Part shown: in pieces, positions 1 through 12,039 of the stretch
Position numbering within the stretch: the first letter of the stretch is position 1
Layout: each line of letters opens with the position of its first letter
Assembly: GCF_054482525.1 (NCBI RefSeq)
Contig: NZ_CM137006.1
Direction: 5' to 3' (one strand)
Length of the DNA stretch: 64,000 nucleotides
Made by a program: the position numbers and the translations under genes
Notes under the pieces: generated by a model
What the model saw: the letters and a program-made list of their open reading frames with translations, nothing else
What the model was told of the DNA's origin: nothing
Database searches by the model: none

Positions 1-200
1 CGTGGCAAGGGCCGGTAGAGCAGCATCCTCTGGTGAATTATCTCGACCATGAAGGTGGCGCGTTATCGAACCCAACGCCAGAGCACTATCTGCCGTTGTT
101 GTATGTGTTAGGTGCGTGGGATGGGCAGGAGCCAATTACCATTCCGGTCGATGGTATAGAAATGGGCAGTTTAAGTATGCTGTCGGTGCAGATAGGTTAA
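1..200 (+). CDS. ygiD: 3' end of ygiD-like extradiol dioxygenase (partial; codons in phase with position 3, stop 198-200)
   Basis: Open frame ending TAA 198-200 translates ...HPLVNYLDHEGGALSNPTPEHYLPLLYVLGAWDGQEPITIPVDGIEMGSLSMLSVQIG; assignment by recognition and synteny next to ygiC. Confidence 0.6.
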   Translation, partial: WQGPVEQHPLVNYLDHEGGALSNPTPEHYLPLLYVLGAWDGQEPITIPVDGIEMGSLSMLSVQIG

Positions 201-206
201 TAAAAG

Positions 207-237
207 AACCCGAAGCCAGAATGACTGGCTTCGGGTG
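207..237. terminator. Stem-loop between convergent ygiD and dsbI (acccgaagccag / ctggcttcgggt)
   Basis: Perfect inverted repeat seen directly in sequence between two convergent stops. Confidence 0.6.
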
Positions 238-245
238 TTGCTGAG

Positions 246-917
246 TTAGCCTCTGATGATTTTAAGCGCCCATGCGCCACTCATAATGACCAGCAGCACC
301 AGACACATACCAAAAGCCAGCATACAAGCCTGAGCCATATTCATAAAATGCCATGGTGGTAGCAGATACCAGCCTTCAGATTGCTGATACATTTCCACAA
401 ACCACTGTTGCGTGCTGCTCAGTGTGACGCCATCAGGAACGATTGGTGCGTCATAGCCACAATCCCCGGTAGGCTTGAACCAATTTGGTGCCCACTGTGC
501 CAGCGGCAGGTTAAAGGGAAAAGTTGGATCGGTAGAGCAACCCTGTACGCCAAACAGTGAATCGGGATCCGGATTATGTACTGCATGGTGGATATCGTTC
601 AGTTTGAGCGAAAACTTCAGTCCCAAAATGCTGCCGTAAAATGCCATCACGCAGCCAATTAGCTTTAGGATGATGTTCTTTGGGTTGATCGCTGCAACCA
701 ATCCTCCAATAACCATCACAAACATGGCGTAGCGAATGTATACACATTGCTCACAGGGTGCCATGTAGAGATAGATCTGGAAGAAAGAGTGCGCCAGGAT
801 AATTAACGCGCCCATCGCAACGGCCATTAACAACCACAACAAGCGTTGCTCCTGCCATCTGACCAGTGTGTCAACTGGTGATGTGCGAAGATCTTTCCAC
901 ATTCCCTTAATACCCAT
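246..917 (-). CDS. dsbI: DsbB-family membrane thiol oxidase DsbI
   Basis: 223-aa ORF, multi-helix hydrophobic protein with paired Cys; last gene of assT-dsbL-dsbI arrangement. Confidence 0.8.
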
Positions 918-931
918 AGCCTGTTTCCCTG

Positions 932-1600
932 TTATTTGCTTGCTAACTCGCGGATAAGGTCTGCCATTGAGTCAATAGATTTAATACTCTTGGTGTAGAT
1001 CAGGTATTTACCATTGACGACATACGCCGGAACGCCCTGGATTTTTGCAACTTCATAAGAGGCTTTCCATTTTTCCAGCGTTTCTTGAACTGCAGGCTCT
1101 TTCAGCGCGGCTTCAAAATCGGCCTGACTCATACCTGCGGCGTCCAGTCCGGTTTTGATAAAGGCAGCCGGATCTTTACCATCAGACCAGCGTTCTTTTT
1201 TGTCATGATAAGCCGCGTAATAAGCAAACTTGGCTTTCTTAAACTGAGAGTTAGCATCAAATAATGAAATACCTGCTGCTTTATCTTTATTGATCAAGAC
1301 CGCAAAGACTTCGCTTGCTTGTTTGCCGTATTCACCTTTTGTTTCCAGATGGAATGGAGTAAAAGCAACGATATCTTTCACTTTTTCCGATACCGGACCG
1401 GTAACCGCTTTGTCGTACTTGTAACAGAACGGGCAGGCGTAGCTGAATACCTTAATCAGCGTTTTGTCTGCATTCGGAATAGGTTTTTCCAGAACCATGT
1501 AATCCGTGCCTTCGGTAAATGCAGAAGCGGTAAATGAAACAGCCAAAGCTGCGGTAAGCAGTATGCTTTTAAATAGTGATGAGATCCCTAATTTCGACAT
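932..1600 (-). CDS. dsbL: Periplasmic thiol:disulfide oxidoreductase DsbL (DsbA-like)
   Basis: 222-aa ORF with signal peptide and CPFC active-site motif ([11 protein letters not shown]). Confidence 0.85.
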
Positions 1601-1617
1601 TTTTATTCCCTTCTTAA

Positions 1618-3414
1618 TTATTTGAACATCTGTTGTGGACGGACTAACAATGCACGATAGTGAGTCTGATTGGGTTTATCTGACAGCACGTCGATTTCCA
1701 CTTTCACTTCTTTGGTTTTGTAATCGATTTCGTTCAACTTACCGACGGTTGGCTGCCCGACATCGAACAAATGAATAGAACCACCGAAGCCAAACATGGT
1801 GTTACGGTCGGCTTGATATTCAATGATGGAGGTGATTGGGCTATAGAAATCGTAGCCACGTTCTTTACCGTATTCCCACACTTGCTGAACGGTGCCTTTC
1901 TTCTCATCAATCTTATATTCCACAAAGCGGGAGTATTTCATGGTTGGTAAGGCAGGTTGTTCCAGATGACGCCCATCGCCATTATCAAAAATGGTGAGCG
2001 TTCCTTTGCTGGAAATCCAGGCGGTATGCTGGGTGTAGGTAAAGTCGAAGTCTGAGTTTTCGCACAGGCCATTTTCGTTACAGGTAATTGGCTTACCGTT
2101 AGCATCAACCGGTTTCAGCAGCTTGCTGGCCAGCGGTTTTTCCCAACCTTTAGAGGGCGCAAGGATCCATTTCACTTGCTTATCACGACCAATCTTCACA
2201 ACACCCTGGTGACGAGAAGAGAGAATAATTGAGTCATCTTTTGCGTCATAAGCGATGGAATTAACGTGCGCCCAGTTACGGCCTGGCCCTACACCCAGAG
2301 CGTCGCCGAACGGTGTATCTGGTTCCAGTTTTGCCTGTTGTCCTGCATGGGCAAGGTCAACGTTAACGCAAACTGCACCTGCATCCAGCGCGCCGAGCAG
2401 TGCATCGCGTTTCGGATCGAGGATCTTCGTCAGATCCCATACATCGACAACGCGACCAGATTTATCGACTTCGAGGATATGGTCACGAATGGTGGTGACG
2501 TGTACGCCGTCATCGCGACGGTAATTGCTCTTACCTACGCGCAACAATACTGTGCCATTTGGCGTCTCAATGGATTCATGAGTAGCGTCAGCAAATCCGC
2601 GCGGTAGTTTGTGATCTTCGAGCACCTGCCCCATCATGTCGAACTCGTACCAGTGCTGACCTTGTACAGCGGTAAAGGTGCCGCGTGGCGTTTCGCGGAT
2701 ACCCATCAGATAACCACGCTTGTTGATATCGCGGTCACGACCATCGTAGAAAGTGTCTTGATCCAGCCACCAGCGGTATTCACCTTCGGTATCGACGATG
2801 AAAGTAAAGGGCGCGATATCAAAAGGGAGTGCGCCAGTTGCCGGACCCGCATCAAGGATACCGGCATTTTTATCTTTCTCACCATGCCAGTGGAGATCGG
2901 AACCTTGGGCGGTAAAGGTGTGGGTATTAACCAGATAGAGGCGATCTTCAAAACCTGGCGCGACTTTAACGACTTTGGTTTGCTGTAGGTCGGAGATGGA
3001 GCGGTTATCCATGTAATTGTTGACGATGGCCGAAGTGTGCACCACATAATCATCTTTCATGACCTTGCCGTTTTCTTTCCACTCAACGGTCACTTTGTTA
3101 GCAAATTTCTGATAAAGACCAAAAATCGGTACACCATCGTAAGTTTTTAGTGATTCCTGACCCACGGGATAGCTGATTTCTACGCCTTTTTCGCCCTTCC
3201 CATGGACGGTAACTTTGACGTCAGAAATAACATGGCTATCTAAGTCAACCAAAGCGGTCAGTGGTGCATTGCCGTAGGGATCGACAATGACCGCACCCAG
3301 TTGCCCGGCAGGCGGCGCTGGTTTAAAACCCGCAGCCATCACCCCCGATGCTGACAAACCCAGGGTTATCGCCACAGTTCCGGCTACGAGTGTTTTTCTA
3401 TATTTATCAAACAT
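1618..3414 (-). CDS. assT: Periplasmic arylsulfate sulfotransferase
   Basis: 598-aa ORF with signal peptide; sequence recognised as ASST family; operon with dsbL/dsbI. Confidence 0.85.
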   Translation of the reverse strand: MFDKYRKTLVAGTVAITLGLSASGVMAAGFKPAPPAGQLGAVIVDPYGNAPLTALVDLDSHVISDVKVTVHGKGEKGVEISYPVGQESLKTYDGVPIFGLYQKFANKVTVEWKENGKVMKDDYVVHTSAIVNNYMDNRSISDLQQTKVVKVAPGFEDRLYLVNTHTFTAQGSDLHWHGEKDKNAGILDAGPATGALPFDIAPFTFIVDTEGEYRWWLDQDTFYDGRDRDINKRGYLMGIRETPRGTFTAVQGQHWYEFDMMGQVLEDHKLPRGFADATHESIETPNGTVLLRVGKSNYRRDDGVHVTTIRDHILEVDKSGRVVDVWDLTKILDPKRDALLGALDAGAVCVNVDLAHAGQQAKLEPDTPFGDALGVGPGRNWAHVNSIAYDAKDDSIILSSRHQGVVKIGRDKQVKWILAPSKGWEKPLASKLLKPVDANGKPITCNENGLCENSDFDFTYTQHTAWISSKGTLTIFDNGDGRHLEQPALPTMKYSRFVEYKIDEKKGTVQQVWEYGKERGYDFYSPITSIIEYQADRNTMFGFGGSIHLFDVGQPTVGKLNEIDYKTKEVKVEIDVLSDKPNQTHYRALLVRPQQMFK

Positions 3415-3864
3415 GGATATATCTCCTTATATAACGCAAATATATAATAATGATGAATATCGACTGTTGAGAGGGTGCTAATAAATTCGTTACGTGAATA
3501 TAAATATTAATTCAATAAAGAGTGAGAATGCTTTTGTGTTTCTTTTAAATATGTTGTTATTCGGTGAAACAAATATTTATGTTTAATGGATAGTAGGTGG
3601 GCAATATATCAATCACAATGTTCAATACTGTGTAGTGTGATCCCTGCAACATTGTTTTTTAATTATTAAATTTAAATCTGGTGAGATAAAAGTAAAGTAT
3701 TTAAATAATATCAAATAGTTATGTTGTGATGTATTCATTTACTTTAATTACAATATCGCTTGCATATGACGATTTAACATTAAATTGAGTATTAATGTTA
3801 AATAAAGGTTGGATATGTATGCGTTTATATATTGATGGGAATTATGAATGGTGGATTATAAGAG

Positions 3865-3887
3865 ATTGCCCCGCTTATCGGGGCAAT
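3865..3887. terminator. Hairpin attgccccg-ctta-tcggggcaat just downstream of ygiC
   Basis: Perfect 9-bp inverted repeat immediately 3' of the ygiC stop. Confidence 0.5.
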
Positions 3888-3898
3888 ATTAAGCTGTA

Positions 3899-5059
3899 TT
3901 ACTCAACAAAAATATGCGGATAAAACCGAGACATATCCTGGGTGATCAATGCACGGTCTTCACGAATGCCAATTCCGGCAGGTTGATCGTTCACCAGCCA
4001 GCTACCAATCAGCATATAGCTGTCGCCGAATTTCGGTAACGGGTGGAATTGCTGAACAATCATCCCTTCTTCGCCATACGGACCTTCCGCTGCTTCAATG
4101 GTTTTGCCGTTCTCAATGATCGACACGTTTGCGCCTTCACGGGAGAAGATCGGTTTAACCACATATTTTTCCATTTGCGGATGATCATCTTCCGCAAAAT
4201 AAGCGGGCAGCAGGTTCGGGTGATTCGGGAACATCTCCCACAGTAGCGGTAGAAGCGCTTTGTTGGAGATAATGCTCTTCCACGCCGGTTCCAGCCAGCG
4301 TACGCCTGCATCCTCCAGCTTGGTGGAGAACATCTCACGCAACATAAATTCCCACGGATACAGCTTGAACAGGTTGGAAATCACCTGATCCTGTAAATCC
4401 GTGAACTGACCTTTTTCACCTAACCCGATATCGTCGATGTAGAGGAACTCGGTAGCGATTTCAGCTTCCGTCGCGCAGTCCTGCAAATACTGAATGGTTC
4501 CGCGATCTTCCACCGTGTCGCGACAGCAGGTGAGATGCAGCAACTGGAAGCCATACTGTTCACGCAGCTCAACGAAGCGATCGATCAGCTTTTCTTGCAA
4601 ACTGTTAAACTGGTCGCTGCCCTCCGGCAAGTTACCGGCGTTAAGCTGATCTTCCAGCCAGATCCACTGAAAGAACGCCGCCTCGTATAGTGACGTTGGC
4701 GTATCGGCGTTATTTTCCAGAAGTTTAGGTTCGCCAGTGCCATCCCACGCCAGATCAAGACGCGAATAAAGCGATGGCTGGTGCGTCAGCCATGACTGGC
4801 GCACAAAACTCCAGGTGTGTTTTGGTATGCGGAATTTGGTCATCAGCTCATCGCTGGCGATCACTTTTTCCACCACTTTCAGGCACATCTGGTGCAGTTC
4901 GGCGGTGACTTCTTCCAGCTTTTCAACCTGAGCGAGGGTCAACTTGTAGTAAGCATCTTCACACCAGTACGGCTCGCCGTACATGGTGTGAAAATTGAAA
5001 CCGTATTCGTGGGCTTTTTCGCGCCAGTCCGGGCGCTCGGTAATACTGACTCTTTCCAT
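3899..5059 (-). CDS. ygiC: Glutathionylspermidine synthase-like ATP-grasp protein YgiC
   Basis: 386-aa ORF; homologous to synthetase half of Gss; tolC-ygiB-ygiC order. Confidence 0.9.
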
Positions 5060-5064
5060 CGGTA

Positions 5065-5736
5065 TCAGCCACCCATTGAACGAGAAGAGGTGCCGGTTGC
5101 GCTACGCTGCATAGTGCTTTGTTTGGCAACAGATTCACCAAAACCGCCACGGGTAACGGTAGTGGTGGTCGCCGGTTTTGGTGCCATTGCCGTCTTCGGT
5201 ACGGTCATGGTGCGGCCTGGCTGGGCTGCGCCATAGTTTTTACCCGTCGCGTCGGTATATTTACCGTAAGCCGGGCTGGCTGGGTTTTTCGAGGAGAACA
5301 GCGGCTGCTGTGCAAATCCCGCGCCGCCGCCCATCAGACGCCCCATCATGTAACCGGCCATCAGCGGCATCCAGAAACTCCCGCTGGATTGCTGGGCCTG
5401 CGCCTGGTTTTCCGGTGCCATGCCAGCCTGGGCTGGTGCCTGCTGGCACTGACCTTCGCCAAATTCAGCAATACAGTCTTCACGAGTGGCGTATTTCGGC
5501 GCAGTACGTTCGGCTTCTTTCAGCGCATTGTTGTACGCAGTGGTACATTCGGCGCTTTTGCCTGGGTTTGCAGCTGAACAGTCGTCAGCATTTTGATAGA
5601 GAGACACTGTTTCATCACTCTTTTCACAGCCAGCCAGCATAAAAACAGTGGCAACCGCGAGAGCGACTGGTGTCAGATGGCGTGCGCTCCAGTTTTTGCG
5701 GAACGATGCGTGGCGTATGGATTTTGTCCGTTTCAT
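5065..5736 (-). CDS. ygiB: DUF1190 lipoprotein-like protein YgiB
   Basis: ORF track 5065..5769; start trimmed to MKRTKSIRH (223 aa) by recognition; Gly/Ala/Gln-rich. Confidence 0.85.
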
Positions 5737-5883
5737 TTTTGTCTTCCGGGACCAGTGGTAAATACCCATCAGAATAGAGGATGGCTGGTCGAAATTGAAG
5801 CGAGAAGGGGGAAGAATGCGGCAGATAACCCGTATCTTTACGTTGCCTTACGTTCAGACGGGGCCGAAGCCCCGTCGTCGTCA

Positions 5884-7365
5884 TCAGTTACGGAAAGGGT
5901 TATGACCGTTACTGGTGGTAGTGCGTGCGGATGTTTGCTGAACGACGGGTGCCGGGCTATCAGGCGCATAACCATCAGCAATAGCATTCTGTTCCGGCGT
6001 TTGCGGGGCAACGTTTTCCGGATTAGTGGAAACCGGTTTGCTCAGCGCATTGTTCAGTGCCAGCAGATCCTGCTCGTTCAACGTACCCAGAGCTGACTTA
6101 ATATTCAACTGGTTAATCAGGTAGTTATAACGCGCATTTGCCAGCTCTTGCTTAGCGTTGTACAGCGTGGTAGTCGCATCCAACACATCAACAATGGTAC
6201 GCGTACCAACCGAGTAACCCGCTTCCATCGCGTCTAATGAGCTTTGAGCGGAAACTACGGCTTGTTTGTAGGCGTTAATGCTACTGATAGAAGCATTAAT
6301 GTTGTTGAAGGAGGAACGTACGGTTTGTACGACGCTACGATGCGCGCTTTCCAGTTGCTCGCTGGCACCAACAAAGTTGTACTGGGCCTGTTTCACCTGC
6401 GAGTTAACCATTCCGCCCTGATAAATCGGCAGCGAGAAGCTCAGGCCAACTTTGTTCTGGCCCATATTGCTATCGTCATACTGGGTACCAGCGGCACCAC
6501 GGGTTTTCGAACCGCTATAAGAGGTGTCAGAAATCCCGGTAGAAGCCGTTAAATCCAGAGTCGGTAAGTGACCATCCTGCGCCTGGCGAATTTGCTCGCG
6601 CGCCAGGTCCTGGCTCAAGCGCGCCTGTAACAACGACAGGTTGCGTTTTTCGGCTTCTTTCAGCAGCGTGTTAACCGGCTGTGGTTTGTCGGTTTTAAAG
6701 TTTTCGACATTCAGCGCCGCCAGTTCCGGATAGTAGTTACCGGTGATCTGGCGCAGCTGCTCTACCGCGTTATCAAGGTTATTACGTGCGGTCACTTCGT
6801 TCGCCAGCACGGTATCGTACTGTGCGCGGGCGTTCTGCACGTCAGTGATCGCTACCAGGCCCACGTTAAAACGTTGGGTGGTTTGATCTAATTGACGGTA
6901 GATCGCTTCTTTTTGCGCCTGTGTATAGGAAAGAACGTCAATAGCATTCAACACGTTGAAATAAGCGGTCGCGGTGTTGAGGATCAAGGTTTGTTGATCG
7001 GTCTGATACGTGACGTCCTGAATCCCAGCTGCTTTTTCCTGCAGCGTTAACGCACGCCATTTCGACATATCAAAAATGGATTGAGTTAACTGCAGGGACG
7101 CACTGGTCGCGTTAGAGTTGATGCCGTTCGCGTCGCGGTAGCCGTTGCTATAGGTGTAATCTGCACCTAAACCTAGCTGTGGCAGTAATGGACTGCGCGC
7201 TTCATTAATTTTTTCAAAGGCAGCATCACGATCGGCGGCAGACTTACGCAATTCCGGGTTACTAAGGCGTGCTTGCTGATAAACTTGCATCAGGTTCTCG
7301 GCCTGGCTCAACGAACTGAACCCAGAAAGGCTCAGGCCGATAAGAATGGGGAGCAATTTCTTCAT
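5884..7365 (-). CDS. tolC: Outer membrane efflux channel TolC
   Basis: ORF track 5884..7404; start trimmed to MKKLLPILIGLSLSGFSSLSQA signal peptide (493 aa). Confidence 0.95.
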   Translation of the reverse strand: MKKLLPILIGLSLSGFSSLSQAENLMQVYQQARLSNPELRKSAADRDAAFEKINEARSPLLPQLGLGADYTYSNGYRDANGINSNATSASLQLTQSIFDMSKWRALTLQEKAAGIQDVTYQTDQQTLILNTATAYFNVLNAIDVLSYTQAQKEAIYRQLDQTTQRFNVGLVAITDVQNARAQYDTVLANEVTARNNLDNAVEQLRQITGNYYPELAALNVENFKTDKPQPVNTLLKEAEKRNLSLLQARLSQDLAREQIRQAQDGHLPTLDLTASTGISDTSYSGSKTRGAAGTQYDDSNMGQNKVGLSFSLPIYQGGMVNSQVKQAQYNFVGASEQLESAHRSVVQTVRSSFNNINASISSINAYKQAVVSAQSSLDAMEAGYSVGTRTIVDVLDATTTLYNAKQELANARYNYLINQLNIKSALGTLNEQDLLALNNALSKPVSTNPENVAPQTPEQNAIADGYAPDSPAPVVQQTSARTTTSNGHNPFRN

Positions 7366-7569
7366 TTGCATTCCTTGTGGTGAAGCAGTATTTAGCGCGA
7401 TCAAACTGTAAAATTATTGCGGATTCTAGCAGAAGCCGCTACCGCAAAAGGTTGGCGTTACGTGCCATAGGGCGTTAATGTGCCTCAATTTAACACATGA
7501 CTGCTCAAACGGCAGTCAAACGTCGCTGAAATTCACATTTAATTCACTATTAGTGCCAGGACATTAACA

Positions 7570-8199
7570 ATGCTTAAGCCAGACAACCTGCCCGTTACAT
7601 TTGGCAAAAACGATGTAGAAATTATTGCACGAGAAACACTTTATCGCGGCTTTTTTTCATTAGATCTTTATAGATTTCGTCATCGTCTATTCAACGGGCA
7701 AATGAGTCATGAGGTACGGCGGGAAATTTTTGAGCGCGGTCACGCCGCAGTCTTGCTACCCTTTGACCCAGTGCGTGATGAAGTTGTGCTGATTGAGCAG
7801 ATTCGAATTGCCGCGTACGACACTAGCGAAACCCCCTGGCTACTGGAGATGGTTGCCGGAATGATTGAAGAGGGTGAAAGTGTGGAAGATGTTGCCCGTC
7901 GCGAAGCGATTGAAGAGGCGGGGCTGATAGTCAAACGGACCAAACCGGTGTTAAGTTTCCTGGCAAGCCCGGGGGGCACCAGTGAGCGTTCGTCAATTAT
8001 GGTGGGCGAAGTGGACGCCACGACCGCAAGCGGTATTCACGGTCTGGCTGATGAAAACGAAGATATTCGCGTTCATGTGGTAAGCCGGGAACAGGCATAC
8101 CAGTGGGTAGAAGAGGGGAAAATCGACAACGCAGCGTCGGTCATCGCTTTGCAATGGCTGCAGCTGCATCATCAAGCGTTAAAAAATGAGTGGGCATAA
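7570..8199 (+). CDS. nudF: ADP-ribose pyrophosphatase (Nudix)
   Basis: 209-aa ORF with Nudix box; divergent from tolC. Confidence 0.9.
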   Translation: MLKPDNLPVTFGKNDVEIIARETLYRGFFSLDLYRFRHRLFNGQMSHEVRREIFERGHAAVLLPFDPVRDEVVLIEQIRIAAYDTSETPWLLEMVAGMIEEGESVEDVARREAIEEAGLIVKRTKPVLSFLASPGGTSERSSIMVGEVDATTASGIHGLADENEDIRVHVVSREQAYQWVEEGKIDNAASVIALQWLQLHHQALKNEWA

Positions 8200-8622
8200 A
8201 TGAAGCGTTACACACCTGACTTTCCTGAAATGATGCGCCTGTGCGAGATGAACTTTTCACAATTGCGCCGTTTGTTACCGCGCAATGACGCACCCGGCGA
8301 AACTGTAAGCTATCAGGTGGCAAACGCACAATATCGGCTGACGATTGTGGAATCGACCCGATACACTACCCTGGTGACAATAGAACAGACTGCGCCCGCG
8401 ATCAGTTACTGGAGCCTTCCGTCAATGACGGTGCGTCTGTATCATGACGCGGTGGTGGCTGAAGTGTGTTCAAGCCAGCAGATTTTTCGCTTCAAAGCGC
8501 GGTATGATTATCCTAATAAAAAGTTGCATCAACGCGACGAAAAGCATCAAATTAATCAGTTTTTAGCGGACTGGTTGCGATACTGTTTAGCACATGGAGC
8601 GATGGCGATTCCGGTTTATTAG
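8200..8622 (+). CDS. yqiB: DUF1249 protein YqiB
   Basis: 140-aa ORF starting immediately after nudF stop. Confidence 0.85.
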   Translation: MKRYTPDFPEMMRLCEMNFSQLRRLLPRNDAPGETVSYQVANAQYRLTIVESTRYTTLVTIEQTAPAISYWSLPSMTVRLYHDAVVAEVCSSQQIFRFKARYDYPNKKLHQRDEKHQINQFLADWLRYCLAHGAMAIPVY

Positions 8623-8646
8623 CGTCGTGAAACCTAAGGACACCAT

Positions 8647-9474
8647 TTGGAAAGCCTGTTAACCCTTCCTCTGGCTGGTGAGGCCAGAGTCAGGATTTTA
8701 CAAATTACCGACACTCACCTGTTTGCACAAAAGCACGAAGCCCTGTTAGGGGTAAACACCTGGGAAAGCTACCAGGCGGTGCTGGAGGCGATTCGGCCAC
8801 ACCAGCACGAATTCGACCTGATTGTCGCGACAGGTGATTTAGCGCAGGATCAATCCTCTGCGGCCTATCAGCATTTCGCTGAAGGCATCGCAAGTTTTCG
8901 TGCGCCCTGCGTCTGGCTGCCGGGCAACCACGATTTCCAGCCCGCGATGTACAGCGCGTTACAGGATGCGGGTATCTCCCCGGCGAAGCGGGTGTTTATT
9001 GGTGAGCAATGGCAAATCCTGTTGCTGGATAGCCAGGTGTTTGGCGTGCCGCACGGTGAGCTGAGCGAGTTTCAGCTTGAGTGGCTGGAACGTAAACTGG
9101 CCGATGCGCCAGAACGCCATACGTTGCTGCTGCTGCATCATCATCCGCTACCTGCGGGTTGTAGTTGGCTTGATCAACACAGCCTGCGTAACGCGGGCGA
9201 ACTGGATACCGTGCTGGCGAAGTTTCCGCACGTCAAATACTTGCTGTGCGGTCATATTCATCAGGAGCTGGATCTCGACTGGAACGGTCGCCGCTTGCTG
9301 GCAACGCCGTCGACCTGTGTGCAGTTTAAGCCGCACTGTTCTAACTTTACGCTGGACACCATCGCGCCCGGCTGGCGTACTCTCGAGTTACATGCTGATG
9401 GCACGCTGACCACCGAGGTGCATCGCCTGGCGGACGCACGCTTCCAACCTGATACCGCTTCAGAAGGCTACTGA
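8647..9474 (+). CDS. cpdA: 3',5'-cyclic AMP phosphodiesterase
   Basis: 275-aa metallophosphoesterase ORF (DTHLF, GNHD motifs); apparent TTG start. Confidence 0.9.
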   Translation: MESLLTLPLAGEARVRILQITDTHLFAQKHEALLGVNTWESYQAVLEAIRPHQHEFDLIVATGDLAQDQSSAAYQHFAEGIASFRAPCVWLPGNHDFQPAMYSALQDAGISPAKRVFIGEQWQILLLDSQVFGVPHGELSEFQLEWLERKLADAPERHTLLLLHHHPLPAGCSWLDQHSLRNAGELDTVLAKFPHVKYLLCGHIHQELDLDWNGRRLLATPSTCVQFKPHCSNFTLDTIAPGWRTLELHADGTLTTEVHRLADARFQPDTASEGY

Positions 9475-10055
9475 TGTCTACGCTTCTTTATTTACACGGT
9501 TTCAACAGCTCGCCGCGCTCTGCAAAAGCGAGCTTGTTAAAAAACTGGTTGGCGGAACATCACCCTGACGTAGAGATGATCATTCCGCAGTTGCCGCCGT
9601 ATCCTTCCGATGCGGCAGAACTGCTGGAATCCATTGTCCTGGAACATGGCGGCGATTCGCTGGGTATTGTCGGTTCGTCACTGGGGGGATATTACGCCAC
9701 CTGGTTGTCGCAATGTTTTATGCTGCCCGCAGTGGTGGTAAACCCGGCGGTGCGCCCGTTTGAACTGCTGACGGACTATCTCGGTCAGAACGAGAACCCC
9801 TACACCGGGCAGCAATATGTGCTAGAGTCACGCCATATTTACGATCTCAAAGTCATGCAGATTGACCCGCTGGAAGCGCCGGATTTGATCTGGCTGCTGC
9901 AACAGACGGGAGATGAAGTGCTGGATTACCGCCAGGCGGTGGCGTACTACGCTTCCTGCCGCCAGACTGTCATAGAAGGCGGCAACCACGCATTCACGGG
10001 CTTCGAAGATTATTTCAACCCGATCGTCGATTTTCTTGGTCTGCACCATCTCTGA
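9474..10055 (+). CDS. yqiA: Esterase YqiA (alpha/beta hydrolase)
   Basis: 193-aa ORF, start overlaps cpdA stop (TGATG). Confidence 0.9.
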   Translation: MSTLLYLHGFNSSPRSAKASLLKNWLAEHHPDVEMIIPQLPPYPSDAAELLESIVLEHGGDSLGIVGSSLGGYYATWLSQCFMLPAVVVNPAVRPFELLTDYLGQNENPYTGQQYVLESRHIYDLKVMQIDPLEAPDLIWLLQQTGDEVLDYRQAVAYYASCRQTVIEGGNHAFTGFEDYFNPIVDFLGLHHL

Positions 10056-10080
10056 CGATCAACTCGAATTGCTAACTTAA

Positions 10081-11976
<1,896 letters not shown>

Positions 11977-12004
11977 TAATCCTCCCGCCAGAAGAATAAA
12001 AAAT

Positions 12005-12037
12005 AGCCCGGTATACAAGTGTATACCGGGCTTTTTT
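12005..12037. terminator. Bidirectional rho-independent terminator (agcccggtatac..gtataccgggct + T-run)
   Basis: Perfect stem followed by TTTTTT between convergent parE and receptor gene. Confidence 0.75.
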
Positions 12038-12039
12038 GA

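Noticed and set aside
3899-5059. ygiC as a possible novel ATP-grasp enzyme
   Set aside because: It is the known paralogue of the Gss synthetase domain, whose full gene is also in this window at 52419-54278; conserved tolC-ygiB-ygiC operon.
5119-6096. Several 150-170-aa plus-strand ORFs over ygiB and the start of tolC
   Set aside because: They overlap recognised minus-strand genes and have Arg/Cys-rich compositions typical of spurious frames.
5884-7404. N-terminal extensions in the ORF track (tolC, ygiB, yqhC, yqhD, metC, yqhA, yghU, hybD/E/F, glcC, ygiW, ygiS and the binding protein)
   Set aside because: The longest-ORF starts lie upstream of recognisable native N-termini or signal peptides; starts were trimmed rather than called as novel extensions.
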